A DNA stretch of 64,000 nucleotides from an uncultured Lachnospiraceae bacterium (GTDB taxonomy: Bacteria; Bacillota; Clostridia; Lachnospirales; Lachnospiraceae): positions 14,229-78,228 of the forward strand of contig CACZZH010000001.1 of assembly GCA_902785635.1 (NCBI GenBank), written 5' to 3'. The notes under the pieces were generated by a model. The model worked only from the letters and a program-made list of their open reading frames with translations, searched no databases and was not told where the DNA came from. How positions within the stretch are numbered: position 1 is the stretch's first letter; each line of letters starts with the position of its first letter. Of this stretch, positions 16,758-25,906 are shown in pieces. The position numbers and the translations under genes are program-made.

Positions 16758-18140
16758 TTATTTTTTTGTTACAGTGATCGTTGTGTTTCCCGGCTGGGCA
16801 TCTGTATATATCTCTGCCTCTTTGTCGAAGCTGTATCCATCGGGAACCCCCAGGATCTGTACATGGTACGCCTGCGGCTCGCCGCTGAACGTAATGATTC
16901 CGTCTGCATTGCCCTCTGCCATATTGCAGGACTTATCCGTACAGAAGCTTGCCACCACGCCCGGTACCGCGTCGCCGTTCTGGTCAACTACCGTCACGGT
17001 ATAGGTACCTGCTGCTGATTGCTGCGGTTTTCCGGTCTCTTCTTCCTGAACCGTTTCTTCAGAAGCAGCTTCTGCTGTCTGTGCAGTAAGTTTTCCTGCG
17101 AAGAAGGAATCCAGGATCTCGCGGAATAACGGAATATCATCATAGTCTACCGGCAGGCGCAGAATAGTTCCTTCCTTATCAATAAAGTAGGTGAACGGTG
17201 TGCAGTACCAGGGCAGTGCCTGCTCAATACTGTCGGAATGTGACAGGTTTACAAAGTCAAATCCACTGACAAGATCTTTTGCTGCCTGTTTCATTTCATC
17301 GTTCTCTGCATCATTGCAATAGGTTACAACGCCAAATCCTTTCGGGCCGTATTCCCGGACCAGTTCATTTAGTTCCGGCATTCCATTCACACAGGGACTG
17401 CACCAGGTCCTCCAGAAAGACACCAGCGTGATCTCGTTCTTTGCAAAAAGCTCTTCACTGGTCACATGATTTCCGTCAAGGTCCTCTGCTTCAAAGCTCA
17501 CCCTGGAACCGACAGCAGGCGTTTCCAGATCGAACATAAGGCCGTTGAGAGCAAAATCTTCCGGATGCTCCACGACTTCCTCCTTGATCTGCTGCATTTC
17601 CGCCTTCATCTCTTCCGGAATGCCCGCGATCTTCTCTGCCAGCTCCGGCTGAGAATAATCATAGGTCATCAGATAGTACTGAATGCCATCTTTCTCTCCC
17701 AGAAAGATCTTCTGATCATAGGGATCCTTCTGCTCGTGCAGTAAACCGGCAACTTCTTCCGGAGATTTCCCGTCCCTGATCCCGATCACATCAAAAACGT
17801 CTGCATCATCCGCAACGAATGCCTTATACCGGTCGAGCAATTCCTGACCCGGGTTCTCCGGATCGGCTGCATCCAGAATGCTCTGCAGCTCAATGGCTTC
17901 TTCCAGGGTCCTTGGCCGGTATTTCATGGTTCCGCATAGATCTTCCAGGTTTTCGGCATACAGCGGTCCCTTATCTTCAGGGACAAGCATTCCCGTCATT
18001 TCATCAAAACGGCCGGGCATTGTGCATGTAAAACCGGAAAAATCAAAATCTAATACAACTGAATCCTCCGCCATTGCCGGTACAGCCATAAGAAGCGCCA
18101 GTCCGGACGCCATTGCAATCATCATATTTCTAAGTTTCAT
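16758..18140 (-). CDS. Secreted TlpA/redoxin-family thiol:disulfide oxidoreductase with extra N- and C-terminal domains
   Basis: Signal peptide. Thioredoxin-fold FWRTWCSPCVNGMPEL (CxxC). C-terminal beta-sandwich-like GTYTVTVVDQNGDAVPGVV…GYSF. AGGAGGA ribosome-binding site. Confidence 0.7.
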   Translation of the reverse strand: MKLRNMMIAMASGLALLMAVPAMAEDSVVLDFDFSGFTCTMPGRFDEMTGMLVPEDKGPLYAENLEDLCGTMKYRPRTLEEAIELQSILDAADPENPGQELLDRYKAFVADDADVFDVIGIRDGKSPEEVAGLLHEQKDPYDQKIFLGEKDGIQYYLMTYDYSQPELAEKIAGIPEEMKAEMQQIKEEVVEHPEDFALNGLMFDLETPAVGSRVSFEAEDLDGNHVTSEELFAKNEITLVSFWRTWCSPCVNGMPELNELVREYGPKGFGVVTYCNDAENDEMKQAAKDLVSGFDFVNLSHSDSIEQALPWYCTPFTYFIDKEGTILRLPVDYDDIPLFREILDSFFAGKLTAQTAEAASEETVQEEETGKPQQSAAGTYTVTVVDQNGDAVPGVVASFCTDKSCNMAEGNADGIITFSGEPQAYHVQILGVPDGYSFDKEAEIYTDAQPGNTTITVTKK

Positions 18141-18295
18141 CTATTTATCCTCCTGAATTTGCGTAACTTATTATATATGGTGAATAGTTACAGTTGGTTT
18201 ATTTCTATTAAACTAACACTATAATATACGCATCAGGAAAATACTATCCACACAGCTGTCCGGAAAGGGATCCTCAGCCATGCTGCGCGGAATCG

Positions 18296-19024
18296 TTACC
18301 GCTCCATCATCCCATGCAGGAACCGGCTGATCCTCTTGTAAAGAAGCAGCGTCAGTATGGAGATCACCACGCCTTTCAGAAGATTGAGCGGACCGACAGA
18401 GAAGATCACAAAGGTCGTAATATCATGGATCCGCGGGTTTACTGCAGTTCCCATTTCGATCAGGGCATCCATTGGGATTCCGTAAAGCTTGGAGAAAGCA
18501 GGAAGAAGATACCATGCATTGAACAGAGTTCCGAATACAGTCATAACAAGGGTGCCTGTTACAAGTCCGACCAGAGCGCGCGTTCTGTTCTTCCTGGTGT
18601 GATAAACAATGACTGCCGGAAGCACCAGCGAACAGCCTACCGCAAAGTTTGCGAAGTCTCCGACAAAAGCAGTCGTTGTTCCCTTCAGGACCAGCTTCAG
18701 CAGAATTTTTACCAGTTCTATGATCACCGCTGCCACAGGACCAAGATACATTCCGCCGATCATCACAGGCAGTTCGGATAAGTCGATCTTATAGAAACTC
18801 GGAGCAAAAAACACAGGGATCTCCAGCAGCATCAGAATACCGGCCAATGCTCCGAACATTCCGCATACCGTGATAAATTTCGTGGCAGATACTTTATTGA
18901 CATTTCCCTTCAGGAACGTCAATTCAGAGGCCTTCGCCAACGCAATGATCACAGCCGCTACCACCAGTACGACCACGACAAATCCTACATGTTCCCCTGC
19001 TTGTGAAAACAATCTCGTAAACAA
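18296..19024 (-). CDS. ribU: ECF-transporter S component for riboflavin
   Basis: Six-TM S-component-like protein directly downstream of an FMN riboswitch. TTG start 7 nt after GAAAGGAG. Confidence 0.85.
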   Translation of the reverse strand: MFTRLFSQAGEHVGFVVVVLVVAAVIIALAKASELTFLKGNVNKVSATKFITVCGMFGALAGILMLLEIPVFFAPSFYKIDLSELPVMIGGMYLGPVAAVIIELVKILLKLVLKGTTTAFVGDFANFAVGCSLVLPAVIVYHTRKNRTRALVGLVTGTLVMTVFGTLFNAWYLLPAFSKLYGIPMDALIEMGTAVNPRIHDITTFVIFSVGPLNLLKGVVISILTLLLYKRISRFLHGMMER

Positions 19025-19151
19025 CCTGCTGCTCCTTTCCCGCCCGTATTTCCATGGCGTTCAAAACGATCGGATCTTCATCAAATCTGGAAAAAGACGG
19101 AAGACCCTGCCTGGTCTTTAGGAAAAAAGAGTTTCACCGGAATATCCTGTG

Positions 19152-19189
19152 AAAAGAAAAAGCTCCGGGAATCAAATTCTCCCAGAGCT
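19152..19189 (-). terminator. Expression-platform terminator of the FMN riboswitch
   Basis: On the minus strand: GCTCTGGGAGAATTTGATTCCCGGAGC followed by TTTTTCTTTTC. Confidence 0.75.
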
Positions 19190-19194
19190 TATAT

Positions 19195-19335
19195 ATTCTT
19201 CTTCCATCCAGACTGTAACTGTCGGCTCCGGAATTCACCGAATGCAGCTCATGCATCGTTGTCACCGGATCATGCCTTACGGCTCGCGGGCTATACCGCC
19301 GGTGGGGACTTACACCCCGCCCTGAAGACCATATT
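19195..19335 (-). promoter_or_regulatory. FMN riboswitch (RFN element) aptamer
   Basis: The minus strand reads GGUCUUCAGGGCGGGGUGUAAGUCCCCACCGGCGGUAUAGCCCGCGAGCC…GGUGAAUUCCGGAGCCGACAGUUACAGUCUGGAUGGAAGAAGA. This matches the conserved RFN core blocks. Confidence 0.92.
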
Positions 19336-19349
19336 TTGTTATCGAAAAG

Positions 19350-19378
19350 ACTATACCACTCTTCCGTTATGTATGCAA
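19350..19378 (-). promoter_or_regulatory. Sigma-A-type promoter of the riboswitch-ribU unit
   Basis: TTGCAT-17 nt-TATAGT on the minus strand, just upstream of the aptamer. Confidence 0.55.
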
Positions 19379-19406
19379 GCTGTTCTTTTCCGGTACAAAG
19401 ACGGTT

Positions 19407-22178
19407 TTACACCGTCTGCGCACCCTGAATCTCATCCAGTCCCTCTACGGGAAGATATTCTGCTCTTGCCGTTCTGGTCAGGACCGTATCCAGAGACGGG
19501 CGCTCCGCTTCATCCGTAAGGAAATAGTCGACCAGCCGGAAGGCATTGAGAATACCGTCCAGTGTATCCTCGATCTGCTCCTCGCTCCATTCAGAGCCGG
19601 TCTCCTCTTCCTGTACTTCCTCAGCCGGAAGTTCGTCCTCTGTATCATCTTCACTGAAAAGAACTCTGTTCAGGATATCCATCAGGACAGGGCTCAGGAT
19701 CTCATCAGAGGATCCGTCCTCCGTCTGTGCCTCTTCAGCTCCGGCAGTACCGAAAATGGTTCCCCCCACGGAAGTGAGATCATACCAGTGCCCAAACAGA
19801 AGCACCGCCAGATTATCCATCTTTGTTCCGCCCTCCGAAGCGCTGAGCAGCATATACAGAGTCGGTTCATCCTTCAGTACCATCGTCATCTCACCTGTCC
19901 CGGCCTCTTCCCAGCTCATGCTCTGTGTGATGATACCGCTGACAGATTCGGTCAACGCTTCCGTTAGTATATCAGTCAGAGTGGTGTCATCTTCTTCACT
20001 CAAAAGCTGCATGATCGCCTCATCCAGTTTCAAATTCGGACACAGCTTCTTCAGGATCTGAACCAGCGATACGTAATCCTTCGGATCGTCCCAAAGCTGC
20101 ATCAGAAGCTCAACCCCTGTACTGCCGATCTCGAAAAGCCGTTCCGTGTTCAGCTGAATGGCGACCAGTGCCCAGTCCTGATCCCTGAAGGGATCCGTAT
20201 CCGGGACCTGAAGTTTGACGATCTTCTGAGTAAGCGGTATCTGATCCGGAAGTTCCGTCCTTGTAAGCTGTTCTTCTTCAATGAGCTTCTCAAGCGCATC
20301 CCGGTATTTTTCATTGCCGGTCTTCTCAAGCGCCCAGCGGAGCAGCTCGGGAATCTGCTGATAGTCAGTACGGGGAGTCATTCCCATTGCTGCCATCGTC
20401 CAGAACGAAATACCTTCTTCATAGGTCATCCCGTGATCTAAGCAGAGAAGTGCAGCGATCCGGCTCAGCAATGACGAATTAACATGAACACCGCCACGGT
20501 CATTCACATCATTTGGATCATCCGTGTGCGGTCCGTAATTGCAGTCCCAAACATAGGCAGGCTGTCCGCCCGCTGCAGGATCACTCATGGAACGGATCGT
20601 CATACCGGTATTCTCACCGATTTTCCACTGGGTATCATCGGTCATCCCATAGATATATTCCGTCAGATTTCCCATGATGTCCGACATGGCTTCGTTGATC
20701 GCTCCCAGATCGTTCTCATACAGGTTTTCATTCATGACCGTTCCTGTGAAAGTATGGGTATATTCATGTGCCATCACATCAAGACCCTGGACCAGCCGCA
20801 GCGGAGTGCCGTCCAGGCCGTAAGCGGTATATCCGAACATCTGATAGTTTTCCACTTTTCCGATGCTGCAGGCGTTTTCAAACGGCGTACCTTCTTTGGT
20901 ACACATATTCTTCAGAATAATGACATCCGTACCTTCTCCATCCGGTCCGACCCATCCCATATCTGCATAGAGATCCCATGCCTGGATATAGTTGGCGAAC
21001 ATGTACAGGTCTTCCTGATCCCAGTCATCATTGTTATCGCTGCTGACCAGTTTCAGATCATGGTTCTCCCCATAGGCTGCTTCCGCGAAATCTGCGACTG
21101 CGATCCTGCGGTTCCAGTCGCCAAGATACCATTTTCCGTCCTCATCACTCTGCATGACGGGGACTGTAACCGTAATGTCTTCTCCGAGATGGTTCGTGAT
21201 CTGTCCTGTATAGGTTCCGGGTCTCATCCCTTCAAATACATCCTGTTTGCGGTAGCCGCTTATGGATTCCTCATCTCCCGGAGTCCTTACGGGAAGACTG
21301 TAAAGATAAGTTCCATCCAGAGAAACATAATGTGCAATGAACGGATAATCGATCTGTTCCTGTGCATCTTCCCCGGATACGTTATTCCTCGAATAAACGA
21401 TCCAGACCAGCTGGTCTGCAGGAGCATCTTCATCTGCTCCGATTTCCAGTGCCTGTGCCATGTCGATCGGGGAATGCATCGCGCGGTCCGTCTCATCCGG
21501 GAAGATCTCCGGGCTGAACCCATGTGCCTTCAGATGAGCGCGTACTGCCTCCTCTGCCTCGGCTCTGCTGATCAGCCGGATCTCTTCATCCGCATCTTCC
21601 GAGATCGAACTGAAGACAGCCGAAACGGTTCCGTCCTCATCCAGAGCGATCTTCATCGTGTTGCCGTGTGCAGCTTCACTACCGGTCATCTGCTGGAAAG
21701 AATAAACCGTAACACCGTTATTCCTCAGCTTTGACCAGAGTCTCAGATCTGTCTGATCTGATCCTCCGCACAGCCCGACCAGACGATAAGCCAGACGGTA
21801 AGCCTCCAGGTCGCTTGTGACCGGCTCAAAGGCCTTTTTTCCGCTGATAAAGAAGGGAACATCCTTCTGCCTTTCGACCCGGGCCTGGGGATCCGCAGCA
21901 AGTATCGATTCCTCAGTGAGAGGGTTCTTTAATCCTTCCTGCCGCATCTGCTTTACAGCCGCATCCCATTCATCCAGACTCATTCCGGATGTCCTGATCA
22001 GGTTCTTCTCTCTCTGAATCCCGATCCGTGTGTCTGTTTTCAACACGCGGTGATCTTCAGTTGTATTGGACACTGTTTCCATTACAGGCGTGCTTTCAGC
22101 AGCTGCAAGCACAGATGGCGCAGCTGCCGTAACCGCCAGCGATGCTGCAAGCAGCATCGCAACCATATTCTTTTTCAT
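19407..22178 (-). CDS. Secreted M4 (thermolysin-family) metallopeptidase with a long N-terminal pro-region and ~330-aa acidic C-terminal extension
   Basis: HEYTH zinc motif, third-ligand block GAINEAMSDI, and GGVHVNSS. Signal peptide MKKNMVAMLLAASLAVTAAAPSVLA starts at the ATG at 22178, after GAAAGGAA. Confidence 0.8.
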   Translation of the reverse strand: MKKNMVAMLLAASLAVTAAAPSVLAAAESTPVMETVSNTTEDHRVLKTDTRIGIQREKNLIRTSGMSLDEWDAAVKQMRQEGLKNPLTEESILAADPQARVERQKDVPFFISGKKAFEPVTSDLEAYRLAYRLVGLCGGSDQTDLRLWSKLRNNGVTVYSFQQMTGSEAAHGNTMKIALDEDGTVSAVFSSISEDADEEIRLISRAEAEEAVRAHLKAHGFSPEIFPDETDRAMHSPIDMAQALEIGADEDAPADQLVWIVYSRNNVSGEDAQEQIDYPFIAHYVSLDGTYLYSLPVRTPGDEESISGYRKQDVFEGMRPGTYTGQITNHLGEDITVTVPVMQSDEDGKWYLGDWNRRIAVADFAEAAYGENHDLKLVSSDNNDDWDQEDLYMFANYIQAWDLYADMGWVGPDGEGTDVIILKNMCTKEGTPFENACSIGKVENYQMFGYTAYGLDGTPLRLVQGLDVMAHEYTHTFTGTVMNENLYENDLGAINEAMSDIMGNLTEYIYGMTDDTQWKIGENTGMTIRSMSDPAAGGQPAYVWDCNYGPHTDDPNDVNDRGGVHVNSSLLSRIAALLCLDHGMTYEEGISFWTMAAMGMTPRTDYQQIPELLRWALEKTGNEKYRDALEKLIEEEQLTRTELPDQIPLTQKIVKLQVPDTDPFRDQDWALVAIQLNTERLFEIGSTGVELLMQLWDDPKDYVSLVQILKKLCPNLKLDEAIMQLLSEEDDTTLTDILTEALTESVSGIITQSMSWEEAGTGEMTMVLKDEPTLYMLLSASEGGTKMDNLAVLLFGHWYDLTSVGGTIFGTAGAEEAQTEDGSSDEILSPVLMDILNRVLFSEDDTEDELPAEEVQEEETGSEWSEEQIEDTLDGILNAFRLVDYFLTDEAERPSLDTVLTRTARAEYLPVEGLDEIQGAQTV

Positions 22179-22344
22179 ATGTACGATTCCTTTCTTAATT
22201 AGAATTTCAATAATTCGTTTTTCATGCTCTGGGAAGCATCGCGCATAGCAGCACTTTCCGGAGAGTCTCCAGGACCTTTGTCCTTGTTTATAGATACGTC
22301 TGATTTGAAATTCTTCCATTCTTCATGATACAAATTAAGAATTC

Positions 22345-22392
22345 TGAAAGGAATCTGAAAGGACCGGACACTGTTCATTCAGTGCCCGGCCC
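22345..22392 (-). terminator. Terminator after the flavoprotein reductase gene
   Basis: On the minus strand: GGGCCGGGCACTG-6 nt-CAGTGTCCGGTCC followed by TTTCAGATTCCTTTC. Confidence 0.55.
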
Positions 22393-22430
22393 TTATTACC
22401 GTTAATGAACTGCTTAGTGCCTTTCAGGCA

Positions 22431-24206
22431 TCAGGCTGCTTCATCCGCCTGTGCTGCACCGGAAACGTATTCTGCTGCAGAAAGTCCTGCAATACGTCCG
22501 AATACTACGAAATCACACACTGCATTGCCGCCGATACGGTTTCCGCCGTGAACGCCGCCGGTCGTTTCTCCTGCTGCGAACAGTCCGGGGATCACTTCCC
22601 CTTCTGTATTGATCACTTCTGTCTGCGGATCGATCTTGATACCGCCCATCGTATGATGGATGCCGGGAGCGATCTGGATCGCATAATACGGAGCAGTGGA
22701 CAGATCAGCGTCCATACCGTTGTTCCTGCCGAATTCCTCGTCAACGCCGGCTGCTACCGCATTGTTCCAGGTGTCCATAGTCGCAGCGAAATTCTTCACG
22801 CCTTCCTCATCCAGTCCCATGTTCTGTGCCAGCTCTTCATAGGTCTCTCCGGAGCTTGCCATGCCTTTTTCGATATAGTCCTTGGCAGAAGCATTGTTGT
22901 CCACAAGATTCTGATCAAAGATGATGTATGCATAACCGCCGGTCTGTTCCAGTTCTGCAGCAGAGACTGCATCACGCGTAGCAAGGTCATTGCAGAAACG
23001 CTTTCCTTCCTGATTGACCAGGATCGCGCCAAGGCTGCGCATCTTCTCAGATACCAGCATGCTGGTCGCCTGATATACGGTGGGATGCAGCTGAATCTGT
23101 TCCATATCTACGGTAGCTGCTCCGACTTCCTCTGCCATAAGGATACCGTCGCCGGTCGCGCCGGGATGATTGGTCGTAACTGCGTTTGCAAGGCTGGGAT
23201 TAAAGCTGGTCATCAGATCAAAGTTTGCACCGAAGCCGCCTGTAGCCAGGATCACGGCACCTGCATGGATGGTATATTCATGTTCGTCATCTTCTGCCAG
23301 AACACCTGCTGCACATCCATCTTCCATCAGGATCTTAGTAGCTTTGGTGTTGAGCATGATCTCAATTCCCAGTTCCTGTGCATATGCATTCAGTTTTTCA
23401 ACCAGATAAGCGCCAACAGGACTTCCGTCCTCCGGAGAGTGCAGATATTTATGAGTAGTTCCGCCGGTAGCTGCTACTTTCGGAAGCGGCGCACCGATGG
23501 ATTCCAGCCAGTCCACTGCATCGGAGCTGTTCTCTGCCATGGTGCGGACCAGTTCCGGATCATTGAGCTGATGTCCGCCATTCATGGTCTCCTCAATGAA
23601 TTCCTCAACGCCGCTGTCGGTGATGTCGAGTGCTTCCTGGAATTTTGTTCCTGCGCAGTTCATGCCGCCGGAAGCCTTCAGGCTGTTTCCTCCGACCATC
23701 GGCATTTTTTCCAGCACCAGAACTTTGGCACCTTCCTGGGTGGCGCGGACTGCCGCTGTAAGGCCTGCACCACCTGCACCTACGATCACGACATCTGCTT
23801 CCAGCGTTTCCTCAGTCTTCTCCGCGGGAGCTTCCGAAGCGGCCTCCACCTCGAATACGGAAGGATCGATACCGCCTTTTGTCAGGGCTTCACGCACAGC
23901 GTCCTTAATTGCCGTACTGGTTACCGTTGCGCCTGCTACATTGTCGACCAGAATGCTGTTTGCTTCGACCATCTGTCCGGGAAGAGTCTCGGCTGCAACA
24001 GTCCCGATACCGGGTGTCTCGTTCTGTTCCAGTACTTCAATGGAGTAGATCGTATTTTCATCCGCCTCCACCTGTACCACCACGTCTCCGTCGATGCCCT
24101 GTCCGACACCGGTCTCAACGATTCTTCCGTCTTCTGCTGCGAAAGACATGGCAGCAGCGGAAACCGCAAGTATTGCTCCTGCAGCGAATGCCAGAACTGA
24201 TTTCAT
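22431..24206 (-). CDS. Extracytoplasmic flavoprotein reductase: FMN_bind domain + FAD-binding fumarate/urocanate-reductase-like domain
   Basis: Signal peptide. FMN_bind region with NVAGATVTS. Dinucleotide fold DVVIVGAGGAGLTAA…LEKMPMVGGNS. C-terminal GLFAAGETTGGVHGGNRIGGNA. Confidence 0.8.
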   Translation of the reverse strand: MKSVLAFAAGAILAVSAAAMSFAAEDGRIVETGVGQGIDGDVVVQVEADENTIYSIEVLEQNETPGIGTVAAETLPGQMVEANSILVDNVAGATVTSTAIKDAVREALTKGGIDPSVFEVEAASEAPAEKTEETLEADVVIVGAGGAGLTAAVRATQEGAKVLVLEKMPMVGGNSLKASGGMNCAGTKFQEALDITDSGVEEFIEETMNGGHQLNDPELVRTMAENSSDAVDWLESIGAPLPKVAATGGTTHKYLHSPEDGSPVGAYLVEKLNAYAQELGIEIMLNTKATKILMEDGCAAGVLAEDDEHEYTIHAGAVILATGGFGANFDLMTSFNPSLANAVTTNHPGATGDGILMAEEVGAATVDMEQIQLHPTVYQATSMLVSEKMRSLGAILVNQEGKRFCNDLATRDAVSAAELEQTGGYAYIIFDQNLVDNNASAKDYIEKGMASSGETYEELAQNMGLDEEGVKNFAATMDTWNNAVAAGVDEEFGRNNGMDADLSTAPYYAIQIAPGIHHTMGGIKIDPQTEVINTEGEVIPGLFAAGETTGGVHGGNRIGGNAVCDFVVFGRIAGLSAAEYVSGAAQADEAA

Positions 24207-24315
24207 GTTTTTTCCTCCTTTAGGATAAGGTAAACAAAATCGGCAAGATTCTGCCTGTATCCTTTTTATTGTAACAGACCCTTATCTATAACTGAAATTC
24301 ATTCTTTTCATTTTT

Positions 24316-24336
24316 ATTATTCTCTGTTAGAATAAT
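24316..24336. promoter_or_regulatory. Perfect 8-5-8 palindrome, candidate LysR-type binding site
   Basis: ATTATTCT-CTGTT-AGAATAAT contains a T-N11-A core. It lies in the divergent region between the reductase and the LysR gene. Confidence 0.45.
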
Positions 24337-24423
24337 TATGAAAAAATTCCGCACCCGGTTGCATACTGCAGCGAAGATTGGAATCGTCACGATAAAGAGT
24401 CTGATAATTTCGGAGGAGTCATC

Positions 24424-25395
24424 ATGGATACCCGTTCTCTTCGTTACGTTCTCGCGATTGCCAGGCATCAGAACCTGACAAAGGCAGCTGAAGAACTGCA
24501 TGTAGGCCAGCCGACACTGAGCAAGTTTCTGCAGTCTCTGGAGAATGAACTCGGGCTGAAGCTTTTCCAAAAGGTCGGGCACCGTTTTCTCCTGACCTAT
24601 GCAGGAGAATGCTATACAAAAAAAGCCTCCGGCATTCTTCTGCTGGAGGAGGATCTGCTCACTGAAATGACGGATATCCGCAAACAGGATATGGGGGAGA
24701 TCCGGATGTTCTTTGCCAATATGCGCAGCTCCTATACGCTTCCGGCTATCCTTCCTGCCTTCACTGCGCTTCACCCCAATGTCCGGATACGGATATTAGG
24801 CGGAAATTCGGAAGAAAATGACAAACGACTGATCGAAGGAGAGAGCGATGTGGCTTTCTACAGCAGACCCGGACAGCCGCATCCGCTCATCGACTACATA
24901 TCTCTGGCGCAGGAGGAGCTTCTGATCTGTACCGCCAGGAACCATCCGCTGGGAAAACTGGCAAAGCCCTCTTCAGGCGGAAGATATCCGTCGCTGGATC
25001 TGGCTGCCCTGAAAAGCGAACGGGTCATCCTGATGCAGCCGGGACAGCGGACCAGGCAGACCGTCGATGATCTTCTCAGCGAACGGCAGATCCGCTATGA
25101 TAATACTCTGAGCACAGCAAACATTCATGCCATCATAGGCATGGTCTCAGCCGGGTACGGTGTCTCCTTCATCTTTGATGCGCATGTACTTCACCGTTCT
25201 TCGAATGCACCGATCGATTGTTATTCCATAGAACATGGACAGGTCTTCCGGGATTTTGTCGCAGCGGTGCGAAAGGGGAGTTACCTTTCCACTCATGTAA
25301 TAGATATGATCGAGCTTACGCGACGGTTTGCCTGGGAGGCAGACTCCGGCCGAACCGATTCCGCAGCATCGGAAACGGGATCGCTCAGCTTTTGA
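24424..25395 (+). CDS. LysR-family transcriptional regulator
   Basis: N-terminal wHTH LRYVLAIARHQNLTKAAEELHVGQPTLSKFLQSLE plus a ~200-aa LysR substrate-binding-like domain. Confidence 0.85.
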   Translation: MDTRSLRYVLAIARHQNLTKAAEELHVGQPTLSKFLQSLENELGLKLFQKVGHRFLLTYAGECYTKKASGILLLEEDLLTEMTDIRKQDMGEIRMFFANMRSSYTLPAILPAFTALHPNVRIRILGGNSEENDKRLIEGESDVAFYSRPGQPHPLIDYISLAQEELLICTARNHPLGKLAKPSSGGRYPSLDLAALKSERVILMQPGQRTRQTVDDLLSERQIRYDNTLSTANIHAIIGMVSAGYGVSFIFDAHVLHRSSNAPIDCYSIEHGQVFRDFVAAVRKGSYLSTHVIDMIELTRRFAWEADSGRTDSAASETGSLSF

Positions 25396-25549
25396 GGCAG
25401 AGGTCACCTGCCCTGCAGCAGGCACTTGTCTTCTTCAAGTTTGCATTTTTAACTTACTTGTATTATAACAACAATACCAATACTTCTGTCAAAAAGAATC
25501 TTAGTTTCAGTTAACTTACGTCAGGCTTCACTCACTCAAGTGTCCCGTT

Positions 25550-25873
25550 TTAACCTCCGTTCTCACGAATGTGCTCGGCACCTACGGACAAGATAGACAG
25601 CACATGCGCATCGTCCAGACTGTACATGATCTGCTTCCCATCCCGCCTGGCCTTTACCAGCCGGTTCAGTTTCAGGTTCCTCAACTGATGTGATACGGCG
25701 CTTTGTGTCATCCCGAGCTCCTGTGTAAGATCATTCACACAGATCTCGCCTCTGGACAGGATTCCAAGGATGCGGATCCGGTTGCGGTCGCCGAATGCCT
25801 GGAAGAACTCTTCCATCTCTTCCAGTTCCACCTCGTCCATGTCTTCGATCAGCTGTAATGCCATCTCTTCCAT
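25550..25873 (-). CDS. ArsR/SmtB-family metal-responsive repressor
   Basis: FFQAFGDRNRIRILGIL…ICVNDLTQELGMTQSAVSHQLRNLK wHTH. The track start is TTG; I use the ATG at 25873 after GGAGGA. Confidence 0.8.
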   Translation of the reverse strand: MEEMALQLIEDMDEVELEEMEEFFQAFGDRNRIRILGILSRGEICVNDLTQELGMTQSAVSHQLRNLKLNRLVKARRDGKQIMYSLDDAHVLSILSVGAEHIRENGG

Positions 25874-25906
25874 TTCTCCTCCGTGTTTTTCAAAAAGAAA
25901 CAATTC

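Noticed and set aside
19259-19519. 86-aa plus-strand ORF.
   Set aside because: It lies on the opposite strand of the FMN riboswitch aptamer and promoter. The RNA element explains the conservation-like structure.
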